IMG/VR virus record: IMGVR_UViG_2775506876_000001
Span: 1-64,000 of that record
Direction: 5' to 3' (one strand)
Source: a virus
Taxonomy: Duplodnaviria > Caudoviricetes
DNA length: 64,000 bases
Part shown: positions 1 to 10,816 of the stretch, in pieces
How the letters are laid out: every line of letters begins with the position of its first letter
Numbering within the stretch: position 1 is the first letter of the stretch
The notes under the pieces: model-generated
What the model was told of the DNA's origin: nothing
The model's input: the letters and a program-made list of their open reading frames with translations, nothing else
Database searches by the model: none
Translations under genes and position numbers: made by a program

Positions 1-3000
1 TTAGATTCCTACAGATCTTCTATAACTATTCGATGTCTGCATCTTGTTCTGAACGGCTAAAATAGATTTTTTGACTGATTGATTGTGAACATCATTTAAG
101 CCTTGTTTGAATTGATCCAGGGTGACGTATTCCTGATTATTTATAACCGTTGTCTGAACATGAACTGTTTTGTTACCTGATTCAGAAACACTGGTAGTAT
201 TTACATTACCTGCTATTCCACCAAAAGCGAAATTACCTAACAATTTATCCGGTGTTAATCCTGCTTTCTCTAGTTCCTTAACACGATCAGCAGGAATCAT
301 TAATTCACCTTGGTGAACCACAGCAAGCATAGGTTTTTTACCTGATTCAGAAAACTCTTTGTTAAATGCTTTCTGAATTTTATGAACACCACCATTACTA
401 TAGTTTGGTATTTCGGTTTCATTTTTGTCTTTTACGATTCCACCATCATAAAATAAACCTCCAAAGATTCCACCAAACAGACTATTAAGTCCGGTGTTTA
501 AGAAACCAGAGAGTATAGAACTAAAGAAATTATCAAACACATCAGAAAGTGAACCGCCTTTAACAATCAAATCTGTTATAGAGTTCGACAAAGACATCAC
601 AGAATTTCTAGCAACGTCTGAGACTGTCTGACCAAAAGTTTTAAACTGATTGTTAACATTTTCAAGGTTGAGATTGTGTATCTCGTTCAGACTGTCCTTG
701 ACTGTTTCAAGTTCTGAAGTGTCTATATTATTGAACTTCATTTGTTCAATCTGTGCATCTAGTTCCCTGAGTTGTTGAGTATATCTCAGATTTTCTTGTA
801 ACACAGCAGCATCTCTAGAAATTTTATTGGCAACGAATGGGTTACCCTGGTCAGTGTTGATTTTAGACGCTCTTGCATTCATTAAATCAATTTTGGGTTG
901 ATTACTAAAAGTTTCTAGAGTTCTTTGACGCTCATTACTGTTCTGAATGTCTTTAATCCGTTGCTCTTGTCTATCGATTTCAAAAGTGTTTTCAATATTT
1001 TGAACCCGTTCATTATTTCGTAAAGCTTCCCTTAAAAATTGCCCTTTCTTTTGACTGTCAGTAAGCTCTTTATTACTGAAGATTTCATTCCGTTTACTTT
1101 GGTAATTATTCAGATTTTCAGTAATTTGGATATCTCTATTAATTTCTAAAGGATTACCCAGGGTATAGTCACTAGAGTTTTTACGCTGCAACAGATTGAT
1201 AGCTGTTAATTGATTTTGTAATTGTTCATTAATTGACTGTCTATCACGTTGTAAATTGTTAGCTTCCCTGGTTAATTCATTTAATTTTTGTTGTCTATCG
1301 GCTTCCTGATAACTTAAATCAATTTGCTCTTGTTTAGCAACAGATTGCTTTTTGTAGAGTTCAATTAATTGATTAGCTTGTTCCTGGGTAATTTCTTTTT
1401 TAAATAAACGCTCTTGAACTGTTGCAATATTTTTCTCTGTTTCTAAATCAACTTGTTTTAAATTGATTATCCTTTCTAGGGATGGAATATTTTTAACTTG
1501 TTCATCAAGCGGGTTAAACTGCTGTAAAGCTTTTAACGATTCAAGTCTAGCTTGTAATTTAGAAATTTCTTGTTGAGTTTCTTCAAAAGTTAGTGATTGT
1601 TGTCTGAAACCTTCCTGTGTGTTGAAAATGTTTTTGGCAGTTTGAACAGATTCATTTTTAAGTTTTTGTAATTCAACTAATTCTTTCTGAGTTTTAGATT
1701 TTTCGGCTAAACTTTGATTTAATCCTTTGGCTATTTCATCTTTAGCTGTTCCTGTAATTTCAGGGTTATTTAGTAGTTGTTTAGCAGTCTGAATCCTATC
1801 ATCAAGTTCAATAATTAATCTGTTTCTGTCTCGAATATTATCATCAAATTCTCGATTTTGTTTTAATAACTGTTCATTAAATGAATCAGTACTAGATTTA
1901 ATCGGATTGCCATATTGATTTTGAACATCCTGAAGCTGTCTAGCGTTCTGTTGTTGCTGATCACCAGAATCCCTTAAACCTCTACGAAATGTTCTTAAAC
2001 TTTGTTCATTTTTACGTAATAATTCAAGCCGTTTACGTTCGGTATCAGCGTCAATTCTTTGTTGTTCCAAAAGCGATCGCTGATTAATCATATCTACATT
2101 AAGATTACTACCCTGGACTACAACATTTTGTAATTGACCAGGGTTTAGGTATTGTCCTTGCAGAGATGCTTGTAGCGCTGGATTCTTGAACTTTTGAAAA
2201 TTATTTGTGAATGTTGATAACTTACCACCACTAGTCCCTTGTCCATAAGGGTTACCTTGAAGAGATGCCCATTCCTTATTTGCTAGAGTCACAGCACCTT
2301 GTATATCACCTTGCATCACTTTTTCTAATGCACCGCGATACATCAATCTGCCAACGGCTAAAACTTCCTGTGATTGTGGTTTAAAATCTCTAAGCCCTAA
2401 TCCTTGATGACCATATTTAGTGTCATCATCCCAAACAAAGTCTATCGTTTGATATCTTCCTGTGGCTGAGCTTGTGTAACCACCAGCACTCACACGTTTT
2501 TTAGGATGACTTGTTAAACTATTTGGGTTAAAACTTTCTCTATTTGTATCACCGAATAAATACCCATAACCCCCGGTAGTGTTTGCGACATCACCAACTT
2601 CTGCAACTGCAACAGCATCTAAGAACGCTCTAACATTTGGATTTTTCAACGCTTCTAAAGCTTTTCTACCCGTTGGTGTTAATCCAGAAAAATCTGACGC
2701 TGAATATTGCGAAGCTTTACCAAATAGATAATTACTCGATTGTGTTTGACCAGGGTTAACGGCTACTTGTCTAGTTAATGGTTGCAACATCTGTCTAGCG
2801 CGATCGCTTCCTGTGTAATTCCAATGCCACGGCTCAAAATCTACACCTTGCTTATTCCCTGGTGTGAACGGCATCTGAAAACCATATCTAGCAGCATTCT
2901 GTTGCAACCATCGGAACTCCTTAGACTTACCAAAACTAGGTTCAACAGAATTGATATCCATTGCAAAACCTGTATGGTGTTGGCTAAATCCTGCCGGAGC

Positions 3001-6000
3001 CGAAACTTTAGCGCGTTGTTCTGGTGTTTGGTTTCTAGCTTTCATTCCAGAGTTAAATACTGTTTCTTGGTCTTTAACGGAACGGAAACCGGAAATAACA
3101 CCGAGATTTACACCTTGTTTAGCAGCATCAGCAGCCATATTTCTAAATGCTGTTGCGGCTTCTTTGTCTAATAATTCGTTTCCAACTTTTACTAAATTTT
3201 CGCGGCTATTTTCTCTATAGGCAAAATGTCCATACTTGGTTATAGGCACTTGGCTAACAGGTTGATTAACAGGTTGATTAACAGGTTGTTGAATATTTAC
3301 ATTTTGATTAGCACTTGTAGCTTGTTGTAATGATTTTAAATATTGCTGAGGCTCAACATATTTACCATTGATTTTCACACCAAAATCTAAGTGTGCGCCT
3401 GTACTTAAACTATCCATTGTAACGGTTGATAATCTTTGCCCAGCATTAACTTGTATAGGCTGTTTAAGATTACCGTTGAACATTTTTTGAAGTTCTGTTA
3501 AATCCAAATGATTGTAAACAATAGTAACTTTGTTACCTTTTGGATCAACTGTATTGATATCAACACCACCACTAGTTGAAGTAATTTGTCTTGCTGTAGC
3601 AGTTCCAGACATTAAAGCTTGTACAACAGCACCTTGACTACCACCTACCCTAGAATCTAAATCAACTTTATTATGTTGTCTAGCACCACCGTCACGTATA
3701 CCGTAAAAACTTTGACCCTGTGATGGTTTGTAGTTGATTATATCTTGGATAGATCTTCCTGCAATCGGACTTGCTATAGCACTATTAGACTGTTGAATAC
3801 CATTAAATAATGATTGTCCTACACTGATTGCAGCACCTAAAGGATTACTAAAAGCGTTAGCAACATTACCTAAAGTTTCAACAATTCCTTGTCCTTGTGT
3901 TAATCCTTGAATCCATTTACCAGTTTGATCAACTATAGAACCAAATATTCCTGATATGTTTGAAAAAACATTTTCTAGAGAATTACTATTTTCTCTGACA
4001 GTTTCTAAAGAACTGCTGAACTGTTTACTTAGTTCTGATGATTCACCGATGTAAATGTTAGTGTCTTTGATAAACCTGTTAGCAATATCTAAATTATCAT
4101 TTTGATTTTGAAATTCTTTTGTTAATTCCGAACTGCTATAAATATTCTCATCAATCACAGAATTAAAAGAATCTAAACCGTCATTAATTAATCCTGTTAT
4201 ATCGTTAGTTTCGTTAAGATTGTCATTCAATCTTTGAACGTTTTGATTATTATCAATACCGTTAAAATCCAGGGTAACAGGTATTTTAGGTAGATTCCCT
4301 GGTAAACTTCTTTGTAATTCTATTTGCTGTTTCAGGTTATCTTGTAACTGGAACTGAGCATCAAGAATTTTAGATTTTTTATCGATTTTATTATTTGCTA
4401 TATCATTTAATTCTTGTAGATTAGCCACAAGACTATCAGCAAACTGAGTAAATATATTATCACCAACATTTGTTAAAACTGTCTTAATTCTATTTTGTTG
4501 TTGTAAAGTCTTGATATCGTTAGCAGATTTTTCAAATTCAATCTTAGATTGTTCAGTCTGTTTAACAATATTTTGATAATATTCGGCAACCTGTTTAGTC
4601 TGTTCTCGTAACTGATTAACTAATTCAAGTTTTGACTGAGCTATCTGAAGTTGTAAAGTGTTTAACTCGTTCTTGTTCTGTTGTAAGTTTGCAAACTCTT
4701 GTAATATGAATTTTTCATTATCTGTTTCAACCTGACTAAGAATCTGGTTGATTCTGGCTATCCCTGTATTAGCATCAACCTTGTAAGCTTCTAGAACATT
4801 AGCTGATTCAGTACCGGATCTAAATAGTTCTTCGGACTGCTTGATTGATTCTGACAGGTTCTTAATTTGACTCTGTATATTGTTTATGTCCAGGGATTGA
4901 TTAATGAATTGTCTGTTCCCTGGTGTAACATTTCCTTTAATATCTGCACTTACAAAAGCTGTCTTATCTCTAGAAATTAAAAAGTCACTTTTTGTTTTTG
5001 TGTCTTGTAACAGAATGTTAACGTCTGTTAAGTTCTTTTTCCAAACATCGAAACTACTTGCAACTTTACCAACAGACTCGGTTATCTGTTGTTGACGCTT
5101 TTCTAAAATTGCTATCTGAGCATCGATTTCTTGATTTTGTCTATTGTACTGGTCTGTTGAAAGTTTGTTTTGATCATAAGATTCTTTAATTAATGGTTTG
5201 ACAGCTTTCAAGCCTCTGATTTGTGCCTCTATAGCACCTTGAATACCTGCAACGGGTTGCAAATTTTTAAATCTTGTATCGAGTAAATCTTTTTCCTGTT
5301 TCTGAAGTTCTTTAAGTCCTTGAACATTTTCAGGATTTAATTGGACAATGGCACGTCTTTTAGCTTGAATTTCAGAAAGTTTTTTATCAGTTTCTACAAC
5401 TAAATCTATTTGTTTCTGAATTTCTGAACTGTTTGTGATTTCTATTAATTTTTCACCAGATTTTAAACCTGTTTTACGTCCTTTTTGAATGTCATCAAAA
5501 GCCTTATTCTCTTTCTCGTTCTGAGTATCGAAAGGATTTAAATACTTTAAAGGATTTGTTAAAACATCTCTACCTAAATCGAGTAACATTTCTTTGTTAC
5601 CCTTTTTAACTTCTTTGCCTGTTTCTATTTTCTTTAACATCGATTCAATATCTTTCAGACCTTTTTCAGATTGTTTTGCAAAATCTGAAGCTGCACCACC
5701 CATATCTGAGAAAGCTATTGTTAATTTTTCAATCGATGTTAAAACTGTTTGGAATACTAGTAATTCAGCACCAAAGTTTAACATTGGTTTGATTGCTGTA
5801 AACATTCCAGACAATGTTACTTGACTAAATTTAGCTTTAACAGTTAATAGATTTAAACTGGCTATTGATTGATAAACACCAGTGATAAACGGCTGCCATA
5901 ACGGTCTAGTTAAAGCGATCGCTAAAAGTTTAACAAAATTTAAAATACTATCGATATTTTTAGATAATAAATCTAAACCTGTTGATGTAGCATTTAAGCT

Positions 6001-9000
6001 TAATTTTTGAAATGGTAAGAATGCTTTACCTGTATTATTTTGTAATTCAAGCAAACTATTATTGAAATTGTTAATTGCAGCTTGGCTAGTTTCTAGTGAT
6101 GCTGGTAAACCTACAATTGATTCGGCTCTAGCTTGTTGTGATGCTTGAATTAATGTCTCTGGACTCAAACCGCCCGGAGTATTTTTAAGCTTTTTAGCTA
6201 ATTGACCGGGTGTTAAACCTTGCGATCGTGCAAATATATTGTAAAACCCTGGTACAGCTTCACCAGCTTGACCCCTTAATTCTTCAGATTGAATACCTTT
6301 AGAAGCCATTTGTTGTACAGCAATACCAAAACGTTCTTGTGTTTGCTTATCAACACTTCTAGTTGCTAGCATCACATTAAAGTTTTCAAGTATCTGTGAA
6401 CTTGGAGCGCCTTCTAAACTGCTGTTTTGTGTAGCTGCTAAAAATCCTGCTGCACCTTCCAATGATTGTCTTATATCAACTTTTAAAGCTTTGGCTTGCT
6501 CGCTGAAACGTTCAAAATTAGTTTTACCAGTTGCACTATCACCAGATGCAAACACAACCTTACGATTAAGGTTTTCCATCTCTGTCGCAACTTGCACACT
6601 AGTTACTAAGAAATCTTTTAATTTTGGTAATACTTCTGTAAGAACTGTGTAAGCTAAACCGAGTTTTGAAACACTAGTTATTAAACTAGTAACTGATTTA
6701 ACAGGATCGTTGATAAAATCTGAAAGAACATTTTTACCGGAATCAAGACCTTTCTTAAAACCAGCAACAACCATTTTACCAATTTCAATAAATACCCTGG
6801 ATGGTGATTGTATTTGATAACCTTTTTTAACTTGTTCAATTGGTTGTTGTACTAAAACTTCCTCAAAAACTTGCTCAACATCTGATGATTGTATTCCTTT
6901 TTCTAAACCTTTTGTAATGTCTTTGGCTACTTGTTTAGATTGTGTAGCGACATTACTAGAATCTATTTGTGGTAAAGGTATTTTAGCTTTTGCAAACTGT
7001 CGCTTAATATTATTTTCAAGTTGGCTAAGTTGTCCAAGCATTTGATTTACTTGAGACGCTTCTGTTGTTCCTATTTTTGGTATATTAGCTTCAGTCCTGA
7101 AAGATTCAATATCAGCTTTAGCTCTTGATGTATTTTCAAGAATTGTTTTAGCTTGTAAAGTTGCTTCAGGAAATTGTTTAGTTTTTAATTGGTCTTTTAA
7201 AGTACCGTACGATTTACCAAAATTATCAACAATCTTTTTAGAATTCTCTAGTGATTGTTTAATTTGTTCATTAGTAAAAGTTTCTATTTTCTTTTGAATT
7301 TCTTGAACAGGTTTTACTATTTCCTGTGAAACATTTTTATTTTCTTTTGGTAAAACTATACCAATTTTAGGATCTAAAAGTTTAGCTTTAGTTTCTAAGA
7401 TTTCTTGTAAAACATTTTGATATTTAGTTTGTGTTATACCAGTTGTTTTACTAGAAACACTATTAACCTGTTTGTAAACAAGGTCTAGTTCTTTGACAAT
7501 ATTATTAGCGACCAGGGAAGCTTCAATTCCTGGTTGTTCTTGTAAATGTTTTAAATAAACTTTCGCTTTCTCAACAGCTTTTTTAATTTCTGATAACTCT
7601 CTGTCATCAGGTTGTAAATCAACAAAGATGTTTTCAAAATCTTGAACTATTTCTTCTAATTCAGATTTAAAATCGTCGGTTGATGTTAATAAATATCTCT
7701 TAATATGTTGTAAATTTTGAAAAGCTGCTGTGGCTAATTGATCTATTTGTTTCGTGTTTAATTGTGATTTATCTTGAGATTTAAAATATTCAGCACCTTT
7801 CCTAAAATCAGTTATTAATTCTGGTGTGACTTTCCCTGGACTACCAAACATGAAATTTTGAAGTTCAGCCACATTAGCATTTCTATAATTTTCGTAGGGA
7901 TGTCCTTTAACACCTAATATTTGTTGCCCTTTAGTTCTCTCAGCAAGTCCTAAACGCCCATACATTTTATTAGTTTCAGCACCTAGATGCTCATCGGGAC
8001 TAATAATTTTTCTATCTTTTTCATCAAAACCACCAATAAATTTTGGTGTACCAACACCTATAAAATCTGATTTATCACCATGCCCTAAAAGCTCCATTAT
8101 TTTATGGGCTTCCTCAGCAGCAAAACCACCACCAGACTCACCCACAAATTTAATTTTAATCTCCGGATTTTTTTCTAATGCTGCTAATGCTTGTGCAGAC
8201 ATCTCTAAAGCGTCTTTAGAATAACCTCTTAATGTTGGTTTACTGATGCTAGTTAACAAAGCTTTTAATTTTTCTGGTGCGTTGTTTAAAGACTCTCTAG
8301 GAATGTCGCTGTCTTCATTCTTAGCCCAAATAACAGCGTTTTTAGGATTATCTTTACTTAATTCGTTTAACCCTGGACTAGAACGCATTTGACCAGAGAC
8401 AAGAGTCTTACCTGACAAACCTCTCGCACCAGCATAACCACCAACAGCTATATAAAGATTTTCCGTTTCATCAGTAACGGCTTTAGTTGATAACATGTCA
8501 GCTTTACCTTTTTTAGCATTCAAAATTTCAAATGCTCTTTCTCTAACTAAAGGTAAAGCTCTTTCTTGTAACGCAATAGTTCTATATTGTTTTAATGATT
8601 CACCAATAGGTTTAGTTATACCTCTTAAAGCTGTTTCTGAAAAAATAGCACCTTTCATTTTTGCAGAAACTACTTCTAATTCTGAAATTAAACTTTTACT
8701 AACATTAGAAAAATCTACATCTTGTGTAGCAGCTTTAATAAAACTGTTAATTTTATCGGTTATTGTATCACCTTTATCTTCTAAAGCTGCTATTATACCA
8801 TCACCAACTTTATAAGCACCTTGTCTCAGTTTTACTGTTAAAATCTGTTGTATTTCATTCGTGGTTTCTATAAATTCTTTGTTTTCAGTAAAATTATTTT
8901 TAACAAATTTACCTGTTTCCCTGGCAGCTTTTCTAAATTGTTGTGCGCTACCAGAACCAAAAGTGTCTCGAATACCTAGAGATAATTGACGCTGAATATT

Positions 9001-9615
9001 AGCACCAATATTTTCTTGAAAACCTGTTACAACATTCCCTATAAAACCTTTTTTATCGTTGGCTTGTTTAACAGCTTTTTCAACTTGTTTAATATGAAAA
9101 GTTAATTCTCTAAAATCGTTTTTTGTGTCCCCAGTACTTTCACGATTTTTTATAGTTACGCTTAATTTACCTTCAGTATTTTTTAAAGCTGTTTCAACTT
9201 GCTCAACAATATTATTTTTATCAATTTTTACAGGAAATCTTGCTGCCTGTAACTCTTTACGAATATTATTTATCTCTCTAAATATTTCAGTATTATCAAT
9301 TTCAAAAGTAACTTTCTGGTTTTGAATCTGTTGTAATTGAAACAAATTTTTATTCAAATTATCCAGATTAGTCAAGTCTGTTCTAGGCTTTATAACATTG
9401 TTTTCATAAAACCTAACAGTTTCTTTTAAATGTCTTTGTTTTAAATCTAAATGTTTATTTAAATCTACTAATCTTGAATCATCAACGTTAACGACCAGGG
9501 TATTAGTCTTTTGTCTAGAAAGCTGTAATAACTGTTTTTGTAATGGTGCAAAATTAGCCTTAATATCAATATAAATAGAATCAATCTCTTGCCCGTTATC
9601 AAAAATTTCAGACAT
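1..9615 (-). CDS. Tape measure protein with alpha/beta-hydrolase-like, M23 peptidase, VanY/M15B peptidase and lambda-R-like lysozyme domains
   Basis: 3204 aa, mostly coiled-coil, downstream of the frameshifted chaperone pair. Motifs: GESGGG; HNKVD..YNHL..GAHLDF; SGFRS..SQHHTG..EPWHW; RAFLDAVAVAE..ATGRYQ..EWASL. Stop codon at 1-3. Confidence 0.9.
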   Translation of the reverse strand: MSEIFDNGQEIDSIYIDIKANFAPLQKQLLQLSRQKTNTLVVNVDDSRLVDLNKHLDLKQRHLKETVRFYENNVIKPRTDLTNLDNLNKNLFQLQQIQNQKVTFEIDNTEIFREINNIRKELQAARFPVKIDKNNIVEQVETALKNTEGKLSVTIKNRESTGDTKNDFRELTFHIKQVEKAVKQANDKKGFIGNVVTGFQENIGANIQRQLSLGIRDTFGSGSAQQFRKAARETGKFVKNNFTENKEFIETTNEIQQILTVKLRQGAYKVGDGIIAALEDKGDTITDKINSFIKAATQDVDFSNVSKSLISELEVVSAKMKGAIFSETALRGITKPIGESLKQYRTIALQERALPLVRERAFEILNAKKGKADMLSTKAVTDETENLYIAVGGYAGARGLSGKTLVSGQMRSSPGLNELSKDNPKNAVIWAKNEDSDIPRESLNNAPEKLKALLTSISKPTLRGYSKDALEMSAQALAALEKNPEIKIKFVGESGGGFAAEEAHKIMELLGHGDKSDFIGVGTPKFIGGFDEKDRKIISPDEHLGAETNKMYGRLGLAERTKGQQILGVKGHPYENYRNANVAELQNFMFGSPGKVTPELITDFRKGAEYFKSQDKSQLNTKQIDQLATAAFQNLQHIKRYLLTSTDDFKSELEEIVQDFENIFVDLQPDDRELSEIKKAVEKAKVYLKHLQEQPGIEASLVANNIVKELDLVYKQVNSVSSKTTGITQTKYQNVLQEILETKAKLLDPKIGIVLPKENKNVSQEIVKPVQEIQKKIETFTNEQIKQSLENSKKIVDNFGKSYGTLKDQLKTKQFPEATLQAKTILENTSRAKADIESFRTEANIPKIGTTEASQVNQMLGQLSQLENNIKRQFAKAKIPLPQIDSSNVATQSKQVAKDITKGLEKGIQSSDVEQVFEEVLVQQPIEQVKKGYQIQSPSRVFIEIGKMVVAGFKKGLDSGKNVLSDFINDPVKSVTSLITSVSKLGLAYTVLTEVLPKLKDFLVTSVQVATEMENLNRKVVFASGDSATGKTNFERFSEQAKALKVDIRQSLEGAAGFLAATQNSSLEGAPSSQILENFNVMLATRSVDKQTQERFGIAVQQMASKGIQSEELRGQAGEAVPGFYNIFARSQGLTPGQLAKKLKNTPGGLSPETLIQASQQARAESIVGLPASLETSQAAINNFNNSLLELQNNTGKAFLPFQKLSLNATSTGLDLLSKNIDSILNFVKLLAIALTRPLWQPFITGVYQSIASLNLLTVKAKFSQVTLSGMFTAIKPMLNFGAELLVFQTVLTSIEKLTIAFSDMGGAASDFAKQSEKGLKDIESMLKKIETGKEVKKGNKEMLLDLGRDVLTNPLKYLNPFDTQNEKENKAFDDIQKGRKTGLKSGEKLIEITNSSEIQKQIDLVVETDKKLSEIQAKRRAIVQLNPENVQGLKELQKQEKDLLDTRFKNLQPVAGIQGAIEAQIRGLKAVKPLIKESYDQNKLSTDQYNRQNQEIDAQIAILEKRQQQITESVGKVASSFDVWKKNLTDVNILLQDTKTKSDFLISRDKTAFVSADIKGNVTPGNRQFINQSLDINNIQSQIKNLSESIKQSEELFRSGTESANVLEAYKVDANTGIARINQILSQVETDNEKFILQEFANLQQNKNELNTLQLQIAQSKLELVNQLREQTKQVAEYYQNIVKQTEQSKIEFEKSANDIKTLQQQNRIKTVLTNVGDNIFTQFADSLVANLQELNDIANNKIDKKSKILDAQFQLQDNLKQQIELQRSLPGNLPKIPVTLDFNGIDNNQNVQRLNDNLNETNDITGLINDGLDSFNSVIDENIYSSSELTKEFQNQNDNLDIANRFIKDTNIYIGESSELSKQFSSSLETVRENSNSLENVFSNISGIFGSIVDQTGKWIQGLTQGQGIVETLGNVANAFSNPLGAAISVGQSLFNGIQQSNSAIASPIAGRSIQDIINYKPSQGQSFYGIRDGGARQHNKVDLDSRVGGSQGAVVQALMSGTATARQITSTSGGVDINTVDPKGNKVTIVYNHLDLTELQKMFNGNLKQPIQVNAGQRLSTVTMDSLSTGAHLDFGVKINGKYVEPQQYLKSLQQATSANQNVNIQQPVNQPVNQPVSQVPITKYGHFAYRENSRENLVKVGNELLDKEAATAFRNMAADAAKQGVNLGVISGFRSVKDQETVFNSGMKARNQTPEQRAKVSAPAGFSQHHTGFAMDINSVEPSFGKSKEFRWLQQNAARYGFQMPFTPGNKQGVDFEPWHWNYTGSDRARQMLQPLTRQVAVNPGQTQSSNYLFGKASQYSASDFSGLTPTGRKALEALKNPNVRAFLDAVAVAEVGDVANTTGGYGYLFGDTNRESFNPNSLTSHPKKRVSAGGYTSSATGRYQTIDFVWDDDTKYGHQGLGLRDFKPQSQEVLAVGRLMYRGALEKVMQGDIQGAVTLANKEWASLQGNPYGQGTSGGKLSTFTNNFQKFKNPALQASLQGQYLNPGQLQNVVVQGSNLNVDMINQRSLLEQQRIDADTERKRLELLRKNEQSLRTFRRGLRDSGDQQQQNARQLQDVQNQYGNPIKSSTDSFNEQLLKQNREFDDNIRDRNRLIIELDDRIQTAKQLLNNPEITGTAKDEIAKGLNQSLAEKSKTQKELVELQKLKNESVQTAKNIFNTQEGFRQQSLTFEETQQEISKLQARLESLKALQQFNPLDEQVKNIPSLERIINLKQVDLETEKNIATVQERLFKKEITQEQANQLIELYKKQSVAKQEQIDLSYQEADRQQKLNELTREANNLQRDRQSINEQLQNQLTAINLLQRKNSSDYTLGNPLEINRDIQITENLNNYQSKRNEIFSNKELTDSQKKGQFLREALRNNERVQNIENTFEIDRQEQRIKDIQNSNERQRTLETFSNQPKIDLMNARASKINTDQGNPFVANKISRDAAVLQENLRYTQQLRELDAQIEQMKFNNIDTSELETVKDSLNEIHNLNLENVNNQFKTFGQTVSDVARNSVMSLSNSITDLIVKGGSLSDVFDNFFSSILSGFLNTGLNSLFGGIFGGLFYDGGIVKDKNETEIPNYSNGGVHKIQKAFNKEFSESGKKPMLAVVHQGELMIPADRVKELEKAGLTPDKLLGNFAFGGIAGNVNTTSVSESGNKTVHVQTTVINNQEYVTLDQFKQGLNDVHNQSVKKSILAVQNKMQTSNSYRRSVGI

Positions 9616-9677
9616 GATAAAAATATGGTATAATTATATGTTTTCATTATACCATATTATGATAAGTATTCTTTATA

Positions 9678-10492
9678 CTACAAACTAGGGATATTAAACG
9701 GTAGCTTATCTGGTGTTAACATTTCAGATTCATTTTCAATACTTTGGAAACTCATTTTACTTTGCAAGGTTTCTACAAATTCTTTAGCAAAATCACCACC
9801 ATTGAAGCCCGCGCCAGCACTATATAAGTTATAAAGGGTTTTTTCGGCTTCAATACGTTGATAATTTTCTAACAGGTTTTCATATTCCCAAACAGGTAAC
9901 TCTAAAGCTTCTTGTCTTGACAAATGATAGAAATGTCTGAATATTGCTAGTTCGTTCAGAACTTTTTCTAAATAAACCTCAGCCTTTACACGTTTTTTTC
10001 ACTATCATCTTGACCAGAGATACCACGCTTTTCCAATTCTTTTTCGTTGTACTCAGACAAAGCTTGGTTAATTTCATTGAACAAATCGGACACCAATTTT
10101 TCTTTGGGATAATCTAAATCTTCGTTATCGTTGTAAAATTCCTCAACGATTTCCTTTAATTTACCGGGTTTAAGTTTACAAAGCGTTTCTACATAGTTGT
10201 AGATGTTTTTATCAATTTCATCATTAATAGCTGTAATTTCCCTGGTAATAGCTTTACGCTGATCCAAGTTTTTCTGATCAAGTTTGTCAACACTAGAAAG
10301 TTTCGATAATTCATCAGATTTTTTAGACAACTTATCATTTAAAAAACTAACCTCATTCTGAGTATCGAAAATTGATAAACTTGCAGCTTTACTCAAAATA
10401 TTGGGGTGATAAACCTTTAAATTTAAATCTTGAATCTCTAAAATAGGTTTTACTTTGTCCAGAACTTTATCAAATATTTTGACAGATTTCAT
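9678..10492 (-). CDS. Tail assembly chaperone, long GT form made by programmed -1 frameshift
   Basis: GAA AAA AAC GTG TAA contains the slippery heptamer A AAA AAC (9998-9992). The -1 frame is open (RVKAEVYLEKVLNELAIFRHFYHL) and joins ORF 9678..9923. Confidence 0.85.
9986..10492 (-). CDS. Tail assembly chaperone, short G form
   Basis: 168 aa helical protein upstream of the TMP, ending just after the slippery site. Confidence 0.8.
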   Translation of the reverse strand: MKSVKIFDKVLDKVKPILEIQDLNLKVYHPNILSKAASLSIFDTQNEVSFLNDKLSKKSDELSKLSSVDKLDQKNLDQRKAITREITAINDEIDKNIYNYVETLCKLKPGKLKEIVEEFYNDNEDLDYPKEKLVSDLFNEINQALSEYNEKELEKRGISGQDDSEKNV

Positions 10493-10816
10493 AAACTTAA
10501 CTAATGAATAGACAATTATCTATAACATTTTATCATGCTAAATAAAAAGTCACTTTTTGGAATTCAGCAATAATTATAAATGTTTCTCTATAGCACATAA
10601 TATTATATTTGTCAACAGTATTAAAGAACTATTTTGAATATTTAACGAATGACCATTATATAGATAGTCTAGAAAACCTTAAAATCAGTCAAATAGCACA
10701 AACTATCAAGCTTACAGATTAGCCATGTTCTAGAGCGTTGTAGACCAGGGTAAACAACTATTAGTCCTGGTTAATGGTTGTCAACTGTTGGCTATCGAGC
10801 AACATCTTATAAATCA

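Noticed and set aside
2782-9325. Plus-strand ORFs within the tape measure gene
   Set aside because: Antisense shadows of a long, well-supported CDS
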